Counted from the stretch's first letter, positions 40,221 through 54,408 are shown. The stretch is DNA of 64,000 nucleotides from Octopus vulgaris (GCA_951406725.2 OX597826.1:51584001-51648000); one strand, 5' to 3'. The notes: a model not told the origin generated them from the letters alone. A program made the numbers and translations.

Positions 40221-40319
40221 TTATATAATTTACCTTCTTTCAGAGAACTGATGACGGGAGTATTCTTAATATAGGCCTATTTTATGAATTATTCAAGTCA
40301 CGTTCGAGAGAGGTAATGT
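40221..40319 (+). repeat. ~100-bp structured dispersed repeat, copy 2 of 2
   Basis: Matches 37313-37415. Confidence 0.8.
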
Positions 40320-40909
40320 TTGATAATTGACCACGGTGTCACATTTTGTTAGAGAACAGTTAACTCTTGTCGGACTTTAGATAGAAATCGGAGTGTTATT
40401 CCGTATTGTACCCCACCAAAACATAGATATTTATGAAAATAGAGCTAACTGTATTATACGTGTTACACAACGAGACAGTATCGTACGATAGGATCTCGAA
40501 GCTGAAAAAAATATGTGATGGTATTAGCACAATGATCATTTTTATAAGTGCTTGAGGAATTCAGTAAGAGGGAGGGAGGAAGATCAGACATGTTCTTGCT
40601 CTTTTCCATTGTCTGAGATTGAAAAAGTGCGAGGAAGGGGTGTCGCGGTTTCGGTCGCACGCTAGTAAGTGTATTATGTGTTTTGATGCAAAGTGAACCT
40701 ATTATCTATTTGATATTAGACAGAGCTAATCTTCTTGCATCGTTTTATCATTTCCTTGCGGAAGTTACGTTAAATTTAGAACATCCTTTTGACAAAAACG
40801 AAAAAACAATCTGTACAATATGGATTACTACTATAATCGTTTAAGCGCTTATGAAATGTACAGCCACATGTACAACCTTCTTACATTCTGAGTTCAAGTA
40901 CCGCATTTC

Positions 40910-42410
40910 AATTCGGTTTCGATTTACGTCTATATGCCAGACTTGTTTGGAGGTCTCTATGCAGGTAACTAACACAACTGGCAGCAGAATGGAAGAAATC
41001 CTTGTTCTGTGAGTCCAGGATCGCTAGTACTGCTAAGAAGGCATTCAAACAAGGGCGATCAAATAGAAAATCTGAGGCCCATGATGCAGCTAAACGCAGA
41101 TTTCATTATTCTGGCAAAGGTATGTGCAAAGAGATTGACGCTCTTGTTGAGCAAATTGATGACGCACAAACATACACCATCCCAAGAAAATCTATCTACA
41201 ACAGCCTCCACCTCATGCAATGCATCATAGATACAGTAGGTGAAGAAGCTGGCACGGGTGGGGCTCTGATTTGGGTCTATCTAAAGCGTTCGATAGAGTG
41301 GACATTTAATTCGAAGCGAATCCTCTCACAGCGGTCAGTTGGGTCCCATTTTCTGTGGCTCGATCGCTGCAATAACCAGCTTGGTAGTTGGGGTGAATGA
41401 TTATTTATCCGAACAATTTAGCATCATGTGCTCTATTCATCGGAAGTGTCCCCTCTCATCTCTTCTGTATGTACTGTACCCAGAGCCACTTCTAAGGAAA
41501 TTGAAAGCGTTGAGAGTTGTCCCACGCGAACCGTGTCAGCATATGCAGATGACGTCACTGTCACAATGTCAAAAGCCAGGCACATAGACCTGGTCGGCAC
41601 TACTCTAAAGGAATATGAGGCGGTGACAGGAGCTGAACTTAACCAAGAAAAGTCAGTGAGCCACGAGCTCGGCACCTGCAAAGGCAGGTCCATGCCATCC
41701 AACAACTTAGAACGCTGAACGGAAGGATCTGTTAAATTGGTTGGGGTCTCGTTTGGTCTGGATCTCTTGGTGGAGAATAACTGGAACGAGGTGACGAGCA
41801 GGGTGGCCAATCTTACCCAAGAATGGATCATGAGAAGGTTATTCTCGAAAGATCGCGAAGATGTGCCGAATGCTTATATTGCTGACGTTATATATTACCA
41901 CCTGACTACCGTGCCTAGCTCCAGCTTAGGTCTGACAAAATTAAGGCGCGTAATTTTCCGCTTTCTGTGGAAGAGATGTTTTTCATTGGCCAGCCACTCG
42001 ATTCGTTGCCAACAGTTGCTCGATTCGTTGCCAACAGCCGCTGAATGGAGGACTGGGCATGTCGCTTATGAGCATACATGCTCTGAGACTACGACACCTC
42101 TAGCTCTTCCTTGATGGTGAGCAAGTGTGGTCGATGTTTGTGATAGATGATTTTCCACTGCTCGTATTTTTGACTAAGTTGCAGTCCTGCAGTGCTGCGT
42201 AGACCGAGGCAGAGTGACTGGCACCTAGAGTGTCATCAGATGCTCACTGTACTCAGTCAGTCGGGCAATGCGGCAGTGAAAGTTCCACGCAGGCGTTCGT
42301 TCTATAGAGGATTTGTGGCAGCCAAGTGCGATGACGTCTTCAGGATACTCAACTAGTTTGGTCTGTCACTGACTTTCAGGCCAGAGCCTATGAATAACTT
42401 CCAGCAAGTA
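40910..42410 (+). mobile_element. Decayed L1/Tx1-clade LINE ORF2 (RT region)
   Basis: ENLRPMMQLNADFIILAKVCAKRL, QTYTIPRKSIYNSLHLM, CPLSSLLYVLYPEPLLRKL, VSAYADDVTV, YEAVTGAELNQEKS, IFRFLWK; spread over several frames. Confidence 0.9.
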
Positions 42411-44071
42411 TCAGTTCTTCCGTCTCCTTTAAAAAAACATGCTCTAACGATCTCTAGGATTTTTCTACTTCATCATCATCATCATTATCATCGTCATCGT
42501 CGTCGTCGTCTTCGTCGTTTCTGTTGTTAGAATACAGTCTCATAAAACAAAATTGTCGGCAACTCTCGAAACACTTCATGCTGATGTTCTTGATGACGTT
42601 TCCTTCATACCTGATAAAACAGTTAATTGATTGAAGTGTTACTGCTATCATTTATTTAGAGAGAAATGGTCTATTTGCTACACTGTTGACTCCCCACAAT
42701 AAGACAGTATAAATTGAAGAGGCGATTTGGTTGCTACTTCTAGGAGGTAGTATTCACAGTTAGGTTCCACCCTAGGATCATGTAGATTAGCTCTGCTTAT
42801 TTTTAGAGTTAAATGAATATGGCGTATTGTACAATAGTTATGCACTATAGAAACCCTTCAAGGCTCTGATAGAATTCTAAGAAACCACTGAATATTTTTA
42901 TTATTGGTAATGATGCATTTACCATCATCCACATATGAAAAATTAATAGTATTCGATCTTTTTAGCTGTACAATTGGTATTTCCATTTAATCGAAACTTT
43001 GGAGTATTTCCATTTGTTCATTAAAATAAAACATTTATTCTAGAGAAAAGAAATGTGAAATGCAATTTATTTTATTCGATATAATTCTTATTTCAGCCTT
43101 GATGTTTATTTGTTTGTTTCGTTTAGCAAATCTATCTAACTTTTTTTTTAATGTGGAAAAGGTTAAGTTGCAAGAAATAACTGGTTAGCCGAAAAGCTCT
43201 AGCATTTGCTCGTATTCGCAGGGATTTTTGCATATTCCAGTACTATAAAAATTGAATAGAGAATTACACATTTTGTAGTTTATTAGTAGTTGAAACGAAT
43301 TTCTTTAAATACAAGAAAAGTAACGACGCAACACGAAGTCAAATGAAAAATACCATAGTTTTTTTCTCTTTAATAGTGACACAACACCTACCATGTACGC
43401 AAGCATATAAGACTCACTTTAGCATAAGATTCACTCCTATTTTCCAAGTATATTTTGTAGGAGAAAACTATATGATTCTGTGCATGTAAACATAACATTG
43501 TGTATAGTAAAATTAGATGAAATCATATATTTCTGATAAACCATATACTTATTTATATTTTGGTCAAGAAGACTGCCATACAAAATATGAGTTGTAAATT
43601 ATGAAGAGTTTTCTATTTCTATCGAAGGTTTGTGGTTCAACCTTTGTCTATTACAGAAAAAGTATCTCAATACTAACATAGCCAATGTATTTATTGTTTT
43701 AATATCATTGTTTTATTCCCGCCATTTAATTTTGTTTCGGGTTACATCTTAATTCTCCCCCTGTACGCTTTAGAGATGTACGAGAGATATTCAACGAAAT
43801 GCCCATGTTTCCAGAGGTGAATTATTCAAATTCCAAAGAATTCCTCTAAATAGATGTCTATGATGCTCCCCCACTACCTCTGCCCATGATCAAAGATGCA
43901 CGTATCATCAGCAACTAAGCGACATGCTCAACTGGTTAAGGTTAAAGAGCTGACAAGCATACCTCTGGTATTGAGCAAAATATTTGCTGTAGCCCATCTT
44001 TTATACCTAGACAAGACATGTACTTCCAATCAGAAGACATGAGGGCCAGTGACTTGTATTGCAATAAGGCG

Positions 44072-44107
<36 letters not shown>

Positions 44108-44128
44108 TTATTATTATTATTATTATTA

Positions 44129-44210
<82 letters not shown>
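44072..44210. repeat. (CAT)n-(TAT)n microsatellite
   Basis: Directly visible. Confidence 0.95.
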
Positions 44211-44211
<1 letters not shown>

Positions 44212-45559
44212 CAAGTAATCTATCATTTGAATTTTGCTTATAACTGAACTTGACTGTTTTTGTGTCATTGTAACTTTTTCGGAGAATCCATGACATCAAA
44301 GATGCGTAATTTTGTCAGTTAAATGTTTGATTTTGGACGAACAGTAATTTAGAGTTCATCTTTCTTCTATACATTTTCTTGATCAGATATTTCTTTGTCA
44401 TTTGGAAGAGATTGTTCTTCCTCATCTGCTTTCGTGGTCTGACACTGGATATTTTTCTGTGATTATTTTCTCCTTTGTCTATTTGCATCTGCACCTATCA
44501 TCTTTTTCTGTAATTCTTATTATACTTCCCATCGCAAGATGAAACTACAGTACTATGGTTTGATAATTCTAAGGGGTAATATATTTGTTAATCTTTTGGA
44601 GATATTTGCAGTTCCTGCCTTTTTCTCAGTACCTTCTCTTTGTGAACTGATCTGGTACGGTTCTGTGACCTTCGGCTCTCATTGTACTTGTAAGTCGATT
44701 TTGACATCCCATAACCTCATCTTATCATCCCTTAAGCCTGCTTACTGTGACATAGAGCCACTACAAGCCATGAATGTACGTCGTGTCAGATGTCTCTTAG
44801 CCCTCTTGTGTGTCTCTTACCCATGTACTATGGCACCAATTTATTTACAAGTGTATGCCTGATAAGTGCAGTCGTTTTTGGACGTGTCTCCAGCTTTAAA
44901 GTTGCATCAGAGAATCACATAGTTTTACCCTGTTCATTTGAGATAATTCTCTTATATTAATAGAAAGTCGGTAATACTACTTTATGTAAAGGAAAATATA
45001 AACTACTTCCATCTTCTCTTAAGCAGAGTAATTGAGATTTCCCGTTACCCTCTCCTGGATCCTCTCCCGTTGCAAAGAAAATATTACTCGATTTTATAAA
45101 TCTCCTGCGTATATTTTCTTTTAACTATGATAGATCTACAAATCTCTATGTTCATTTTGCCTGAAAGTAAGTTTTGCCTTTACACAACTACTCTCTGAAC
45201 AGATCACTGTATTTCAAGCGATGTATGATTATGATATATTCTAGGATATGAACAAAATCAGATATGAGAGAGTGTATTGCCTACGCATTGCTAGTATTTA
45301 GTTTATGCCTCTTTCAAATCGAAGAGGTGAGAGAATAAACTAAATACTACGAGCAATGTTTGTCACTGATTTATAGAATATAGAGAGATCCAGTCAAGAA
45401 CCATATCTCATCTCCATTGTAATATGATATAATATATTATCTAAATTCATTGTCATGTACAAAAGAAGACACATATATAGTCTATTTCTTCGCATTTACT
45501 TTATATTTCATAGCATATAGAGGTTTCGGAGATATGATATTGATTCCTTTCAATATAAA

Positions 45560-45915
<356 letters not shown>

Positions 45916-46617
45916 CATTTACACGTAACCGTGTGTAATTTGGAAATTACAATGGAAGTCATGTCCAAGAAATCTGAAAAAAAATTAGGTATGATATTGA
46001 CTTTTTCTTGAGTATTTAGGCCCATGTTTGCTGCTATTGAATTCTAATGCTATTGTATTGATTAGCTGCTTTCGCATATTTTCAGTGTAGGAGCATGTCA
46101 TTATAGGAATCATGGTTATATATGTGAAAATGTCTTAGTAATTTTACAACGCTTCACTAAACTTTCATTTCGATCATGCTATAGGTTGTGAAACACGACA
46201 TGATTTCTCGCGATTGCGTCCATTGTAAGCTATGACACACTGTTTGCGTTGCGATAATGTCCTTGGTGGAAACGTGTATAGATATTCGACATAGTCATTA
46301 ATTTTTGAGAGTAGAAGATATATTCAATTAATGAATTATTTTCAATCACTGCTATAACATTCAGCTTTGATATTTTGTTGATGTTTAAGATTAATTCCCG
46401 CTGGATTCCATTGTGCTATTTTTTTTGAAGAGAATCCATTATTTGTTGCTTTCGTCAATCTAGGAGATTAGCCATTTGAAGCTGACAGGAAACGATAAAA
46501 CACAGGATTATTTACCTTTCGATATTTGACTTGTGCTTGTGAGTTCAAAATTTATTGAAGTTGAACTTGCTTCCCCAAATGCACCAGTGATACATAAATA
46601 ACAATGAATTCTATGCC

Positions 46618-47124
46618 TCACAAAGAATTTTCAGAGGTATCGGCGAATCCAGCTTTTATAATTTCAAACGAATTAGGAATCAAATAATCCTTTGTGTATG
46701 ATGCTGTATGTATATTATAAGGTATATTTCCAGATGACATGTTAACATACCTTTGTGAGGTGACTCCGACATCTTGGGGAATAGCATGAATGTATATAAA
46801 ATCCTTGTCCACCTAGGAACGGATTAAAACCTCAACATGAGCGTTGAATGTACGAAAGAAGATCATGTAGTCTGCTACCTTATTTAATTGGCCATCTCGC
46901 ACCTGGTCGTAGTAATATGTTACGTAAATACAATTGCCTCTATCGTTTACGGATCTACTCGAAAGCGATGTCTCCTTTCTTCTACTGTGCGCAGACCGAT
47001 ATGAATGTGCTGCAGTAAATCCGAATTTTACTGGAAGTTGAAACAAGGTTATTTGTTTGATTGGATTCGACCATAACTTTAACATTGGTTCGTTATCGAT
47101 AACTATACAATTTACAATTCTCAC
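46618..47124 (-). pseudogene. Decayed coding remnant, possibly a PIF1-like helicase C-terminus
   Basis: Two in-frame ORFs split by one TAG; FQLPVKFGFTAAHS and GNCIYVT...QVRD loosely resemble the PIF1 QLPLKLAxAxTVH and GQxYVAxSRVR motifs. Confidence 0.3.
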
Positions 47125-49110
47125 GAGAAATTCTTACGACTTTTAGCACAAACTTCAAATTGATTTAGAAGTAATCTTGTAAATTAACATTATAATTTAC
47201 CACAAAGTTTCATCTTCTCTCTCTAACATAATAATTGTTGTTAAATTTAATTCGATGCAGAATAGATGTATGATGAAAGACGTTCTAAATGTGGCCACTC
47301 ATGAGCTTTATATATCACAACACAAATTATATTACAAAATAGGTTCCAATTTTGAAAGAGACATACTCGTGATCAAGTACAGGTTTTTTTTCGACCAGTG
47401 CTTACTTATTTCATGCGGATTTTCCATAATAACAAACCTCTTCAGAAAAGTCATATGGAAATGGTTTGCAGAGAAATGTTTAAAGATACTGAGTAATCAT
47501 ACAGCCCATTGAAAAGGTATTAAAATGTGTATTTTAGTCAAATTGAGAACTAAATCAAATTGCTACTTAAGCAATATCATATATAACTATATTTATAAAT
47601 ATATAACTAGATTTATAACTAGATTTATAACTATCTGTTTATTTTAATTGGGTTCGAGGTTAAGATTGCTAGGACAGGAGTGGATTAGATTTATTCCATT
47701 CCAATTTATGAATTATAACACTATTTATAAGCTTAGGTGTGATAAAAGTTAAAATGTAACCTGACATATGTTCAACATCGTTGTACCTTGAGATTGGTGG
47801 AGATTGCCCATCAAATATTTTTAATAAATTGCGAATTATGATCTACATCTAGGGTTCGAAATTTTAATTATGGTCAATGTGTTTTAAAATTATGTACTCT
47901 GTTCCTACTACTTCCGTTAAACGCTAGAAATCACTGTGTGAATGTTCATGCGTGTTATGGAAGAGATTAGTTAGGGGAGTCATCTTTTTTTAACCTTCAG
48001 CAAAACTAATGTCAGAATTTTAAACATATTGTAAACAAAAGCGTTCACATTGTCAGAGTCATTAAGATATCAGGCAAAATGACTTGCAACCACCTTGCGT
48101 TCTGAGTTCAATTATACTGAGGTGTGTTTTGGGTAGTAGAATTAATATCCCTTTTAGCAAAGCCATTTAGCATCTTAGGTGCATTTAGAGGCGTCAAATT
48201 CATTCGCAAGGATTCAGAGCAAGTCTCTTGTTTGAGAATACCTTCCAACTTTCCTCCCTCCCACTAGTCTCGTGGGCCCTATGAAGGGTCATGAGTACTG
48301 CCTTCCATCTTGACCAAAAAATAAACATATTTAAGACAATGATCATTGTAAATATATTCATCGTTGAGACTCTGCAGTTATAATGCACATGGCATCACAT
48401 CTTTATGAAGTTAATAAAGTAACAAATCCTGTACTCTTTTTATCGGCAATCTCCTTCCTTTACATTTATACTTCTCCTGATCATTCAAATATAACAAAAA
48501 TAAATTACTACTACATCTCAAATATATGAGGCTGCTGATATTATCCTTCAATACACAATATATTAATTTAGAATCACAAACAGAGAGATTAGAGATTTAT
48601 TTTCTTAAAATGTATTCTCTAAAAATTAATTAATTTGGTGCAACTGCAAATGTTATTTTCATCTTCTCTATTACTACTGTATATACCTCATCCAATCAGG
48701 AGATCGATGAAGCTTATGTAAAGACATAAATAGTGTCATAGTGAACTAAAAGAAGAACTTACATGCTTACGTAAATAACAAATCTATAAAGGTTCTGTTC
48801 TATCTATGACGTGAGCAATGCATTAAAAAACAGGATATTTACGGACAGGCTGGTACGAACAACTACAGTGTTATGCAGACCTATAGCGACCATTCGCTTA
48901 AACATATAACATATTCATACATAACTAAAGGCGTACACACACATCACACATATGCACACACACATGCTCATACATGCATACAGACACACAACCACATATA
49001 ACAAACACATCACACACACACACATATTTATGAAGACATGCGTTGGATATAGAAATATATGTATATAAGATATAGATACGTGCGTGTGAACACACACACA
49101 CACATATATT

Positions 49111-49141
<31 letters not shown>

Positions 49142-49835
49142 CTTTGTGCGTATGTTGGTGTACACACTGGAAGGTAATGTAATTAAAAGTAATTTACTTC
49201 TGCTACACGTATATTTATTTAATATACAATTATACATATTCTCTGCTTCTCTCTCACTCACTCTCTAACTAACGTACACCATACACACACAGACACTCAC
49301 ACACACATAAACACATACGCACACACACACATGCAGGTACTCACATGCGCGCGAATGCAACACACACACACACACACTAAAACATACATAGAAGAAAAAT
49401 GGTGTAGTATACATGTGGTACCTTCAAAAATTGATTCTTTATATCTTTGAGTTTAATTTTTTAAGTAACATTTAGAGTCGGAAATCATGTTCACTGTTCC
49501 ACAGAGGTTAACATCGAATAAAATTATACACAAAGAAACATTCTTTATTTCAAGGCTAAACCATATTTTCAAAGGATTACTGAAAATAAAATCTGTAATC
49601 CTTTACGATGTATAAATGACGTCCAAAGAAAATATAAAATATAAAATGACTGAACCCTCTCTTTTTCCCTGTATATCTACTTCAATCAATCTTTCTACTC
49701 GTGCAAACATTTTTCCTCTAATATCTCTCTTTGTATTTATGCATCTATATGTTTTCACATTACAATTTTCTTTGATTCTGTAAATAATACTGCATATTTA
49801 AACTTAGCTATTCAACTATCCATGCATCTATGTGG

Positions 49836-49902
<67 letters not shown>

Positions 49903-50758
49903 TGTGTATGTGGCTGTGTGTGTGCTTGTGTGTATGTGTGTGTGTGTGTTGTGTGTGTGCATGTGCACGTGTGTGTGTTTATGCAACTGTACTGGTGAAT
50001 TCCATCCACAAACGCACAAGCACACGCGGAAATGTAAAAGAGACACACACAACGAAGTAAAAGAAAGCAAAAAAATGATTTCTCCCCCATGACCTTTCAA
50101 TAGAATTTACGAACATACTTCTATCTCCTGATTATTATTATTTTTACATATCTGAACATGTATCACTATACATATACACACAGCTGAATATATTTTGAAT
50201 AGAGAACAAATCTGCTTTTCAATTCAATAGAATCTTTTACACTAAATAATTTCCTCTCAACCCTTTAAAAGACTTATTGACGACACACACATACATCCGA
50301 ACATATTCTCATTACAAAATAAATCCAATTTTCAATAAATATTCAATAGAATATCTGACACAAGAAATCTGCTAAATGTAATAGAATTTTTGGGAATTAA
50401 ACCCTTGAACCTTAATCATCGCCCTACATTAATAAAATATATAAAAGGAGTATTTAAGAGATCATATCACAACATGTTCGAAACTATGCGCCTAATATGA
50501 GAACAAACTGTTCTCATTTCTAATTCTTAATCCTCATTTCTTAATTCTTGACTTTGAATTTTTGCTAAGATGGTCATGCACATCAAAAGCGGTAACATTT
50601 TACAAAAGCCACTTAATATAACAAAGATAAGAATACTTACCCTCTCCGATTGAAATAAAAAGTAAAAAGACTCTACAAACATACTTTCCGCCTGCTTCTA
50701 TTTTTACATTTTGCCTATAACCTTTGGTTAGTATAGATTCTTAACCCCTTTTAACTAA

Positions 50759-50808
<50 letters not shown>

Positions 50809-50949
50809 GTATAATATGCGTGTGTGTAATATGCATGTATATTATATGCATATGTGTATATATATAATGATATATGTTACATTGTTATATATGTACGTAT
50901 ATATATATATATGTATACACACACACATACACACACACACACACACACG

Positions 50950-50980
<31 letters not shown>

Positions 50981-51345
50981 GAGCCGATGAAGGAATAGGT
51001 ATAACGCGTGTTTATCCCTATATATGTGTGTGTGTTTGTGTGTGTGTATGTGTTTGTGCTATTTTTCTCTCCCCCTCATAATACGTAAATTGTTGGAGAT
51101 ATAAAAAAAAATTCTTCATCTCTGCAGAGAACCGAAACACTTGTTGATAAGAAAAAAGAAAGAAATTGAATAAATGTCAAAACAGCATCTATTTCGAATT
51201 ACTCGATATTTCGAATATATTCGAAATATCTATTTCGAATATATTAATATAATATATACATCCAGAGGCAGAGAGAAAGAGAGAGAGAGGGGGGGGAGAG
51301 GGTGAGGAAGACAGAATTAGTTTGACATAATATTTGTATAGATGG

Positions 51346-51378
<33 letters not shown>

Positions 51379-51401
51379 ACATACATATACAGACATTCAT
51401 A

Positions 51402-51440
<39 letters not shown>

Positions 51441-51476
51441 ATATCTATCTACCTATCTATCTACTATATATATATT

Positions 51477-51548
<72 letters not shown>

Positions 51549-51575
51549 CATACAGACAGATAGATCGATAGATAT

Positions 51576-51622
<47 letters not shown>

Positions 51623-52219
51623 TATAGATAGATAGAGAGATAGATAATTCTCTTTATGACGAGCCTTTATAGTTAAGATTCATTATATATTCATCTCGCA
51701 TACCAGTACAACATCATAAATGTTTAGTAAAACCCCATTGATGTAGGTTTTCCTTGAGAATTATAAATATTTATTCTACTGACTAAGTATAATTAAATTT
51801 GAAAAACTATCAAGAAGTGATTCAAAACAAATCTCGATACTGCAATATCTTTAAATAGCTCTTCCATCAAACTTGCTTCCACGTTAATCTACGTCAGAAA
51901 CCGTTTTTTCTTCCTCTTCATCTGCACTGATATAGTGAATGTTTTTTTTTTCTTTTTGTTTTTGCCTTCAAACATCATATTTCCCTTCTTTCACTCAGTA
52001 TCAAAGGTGCTGTCTAGCTTTTCGAAATCAATATTGAATTAATACTGTGAAATCTTCATGTAAGCACTCACATTGTTTTCATCCGACTACTCCTTATTTG
52101 GAAGACTTGTGATTTAGGATTTTCTACTCCTCATTATCCACTTTTATTTTCAAATGCAGTGTCTGCGTTTGGCCTTTCTCTGTAGATACCTAAAAGATTA
52201 AAAGATTACGATAGAAATC

Positions 52220-52447
52220 TGTTAAACATGAAAACACATTTAGCTGGCAAACAGTATCGCAATGATGATGTCCTATCTGCTCTTTCCAGTAATTAATTCT
52301 GAAGTCATCATTGAACAGTTAGATACTAGTTTAACGGGAAAGAAACAATGGCAGTTATTAAGAAGAATAGTTGAAATTAATGTATGCAAGACTACAGCTC
52401 TAGTATCACCCTTTCATAACCTATGAACATTTCAGCCCACCTTCGTA
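52220..52447 (+). mobile_element. Mariner 3' end: transposase tail, terminal inverted repeat and TA
   Basis: NMKTHLAGKQYRNDDVLSA; terminal CCTATGAACATTTCAGCCCACCTTCG-TA, whose reverse complement resembles a TA-CGAGGGT mariner end. Confidence 0.65.
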
Positions 52448-53399
52448 TATCAGATGTAATAATTGAGAAATTGATGTATCACCAAACGAATAACAACATT
52501 TGTATGAACATTTATGTCGGTTTTAGTTAACTTCATGTCATCTTTATTTACTCCTTTAAAGCATGCAATGCATCAAAAAATTTCTATTTTGCAGTTCCCA
52601 CTGGAACATTGAAAGAAAGGTAGAAAATGAGCTTTGACGCAGTTTAAAAAAAATACTTGCATCTCCTTAGTTCGATGCACAGTTTCGTGATTTTCAAATG
52701 CAAGTTTTGGCGGAAGGGCATAGGGCTATGCAATATTTTTTCCCTCTGACTTTTTTTCACGCTGATATTTTCACTTGTTCGAAAATTTGCCATAATATAG
52801 AATGATTCTGGCTCAAATTTCATTGTTTTAAGCTGATCCCAACATCAAAGGTTCGTGTCATTGTATAAACGATAGTTGCGCTAGAAGTATTATTAGGTCA
52901 GGGAATATGTCATGTGGCAGCACGCATTATTTCTGCGTATTAGTTTACGTGACAGCATGACCAATAATTGTGCGTGAAGCGAAGGTTGTATTAATCAGGT
53001 CTATCTGTCAGGCGTAAGTCTTAAGCCACAGGTTGTCAGAATCGGTAAATGTAGCAAAATGGTTTACAAGCCTGCGCATAAGCGTGTATGTGAATTTCTA
53101 TTATAGAATGTAATTCAAATTTAGGTTCGTCCATTTCTCATCAACTTTAAAAACCAAGAAATTTCCCGAAAAGAGAAATAAATATATGTAGTTGTTTTAA
53201 GGAATAAGTGGTTTATTAAAAAGTATTTTATCTTTACCCACAAGTACGTGCATTCACACACACAATAGTTCACATACAAACATATTTATGGGTATAGAAC
53301 GTTGTATAAATATATAGGCATGTATGTATGTATGTATATATGTCTCTCTATCTCCCTCTTTCTCTCTCTCTCTCTCTCTATCTCTCTATATATATATAG

Positions 53400-53620
53400 A
53401 GAAATTCGGGGTGAGTACTTGATAATTATAAGCACCTGTGTATACATTTGCATCCCCAACCAAGAATTTTTGATGTAACACATGTCCTTGTGGAAGCTGT
53501 TGTGCGCGGCTGAAGAAGGCCACAGACATACATTATGCATTGTTATAAATCTGTCTAATAAAGGCCCGAAACATATGTACCGCTGAATCCTTGGCATCAT
53601 GTTTTTATTTTGATCAATAT
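53400..53620 (+). mobile_element. Solo Penelope-like pseudo-LTR between (TA)n tracts
   Basis: About 220-bp insert bounded by TA arrays and carrying a minimal hammerhead ribozyme. Confidence 0.7.
53506..53583 (+). ncRNA. Minimal type I hammerhead ribozyme
   Basis: Stem I GCGG/CCGC; core CTGAAGA 53510-53516; stem II GGCC/GGCC with a long internal hairpin; GAAA 53568-53571; palindromic ACATATGT helix III; GTA cleavage triplet 53577-53579. Confidence 0.7.
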
Positions 53621-53625
53621 ATATT

Positions 53626-53671
<46 letters not shown>

Positions 53672-53673
<2 letters not shown>

Positions 53674-53995
53674 TTAGGGAATAAATCCAAACTTACAGGG
53701 AAAAATCAGATTTAGGATTAAATCCAATTTTATAGTATAAATATATTATATTATATTAAATTAGAGATAAAACCACTATTAGGCAAATCAAACAGGGAAA
53801 AACATAAGCCAATACATAAAATTAATTTAATTTATATTATTTAATAAAAGATAAAGATACTCTTTATCTTTTATTAAACTTTTAATACTTTTGATATATA
53901 TTTAAAATAATATAAATTAAATTAATTTTATGTATTGGCTTATGTTTTTCCCTGTTTGATTTGCCTAATAGTGGTTTTATCTCTAATTTAATATA

Positions 53996-54005
<10 letters not shown>
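53672..54005. mobile_element. Asymmetric AT-rich palindrome in (TA)n (~100-bp arms, nested hairpin)
   Basis: 53741-53842 pairs with ~53905-54005; internal hairpin TTTAATAAAAGATAAAGA-TAC-TCTTTATCTTTTATTAAA; about 70-nt unpaired left extension. Confidence 0.8.
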
Positions 54006-54026
<21 letters not shown>

Positions 54027-54109
54027 GATGCTAGGTGTTTCCATTATTTTGTCCAACGCCTGTATACACACACATACACACACACACACATATATATATT
54101 GGTGCAAAC

Positions 54110-54408
54110 GTGAGTAGGTAAGAATGATTCAGGTCCACTGTGTTGCATACCTAGGGCCAGTCTTATCCACAATAGGCCTGGGCTATAGGAGGTCTTCTGT
54201 AGTCTCGTTTCATTAGAGGGAAACTGAAAGAAGCCCGTCGTATACTTATATATATATATACATATATATGTATATATATGTATATGTATGTATGTATGTT
54301 TGTATGTCTGTTTATCCCCTGCCATCGTTTGACAACCGATGTTGTTGTGTTTATATCCCCGTAACTTAGCAGTTCGGCAAAACAGGTAATGGAATAAGTA
54401 CTAGGCTT
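54110..54408 (+). mobile_element. Diverged, 3'-truncated SINE family B copy
   Basis: GGAAACTGAAAGAAGCCCGTCGTAT ... CCCCGTAACTTAGCAGTTCGGCAAAA ... AATAAGTACTAGGCTT. Confidence 0.8.

Noticed and set aside
40625-40667. GTGCGA...TCGCAC-G-CTAGT as a Helitron 3' end
   Set aside because: Hairpin-to-CTAG spacing is atypical and no matching 5' end was identified.
43780-44950. Probable old interspersed repeats on either side of the CAT/TAT array
   Set aside because: No second copy in the window and no identifiable motif, so the family cannot be supported.
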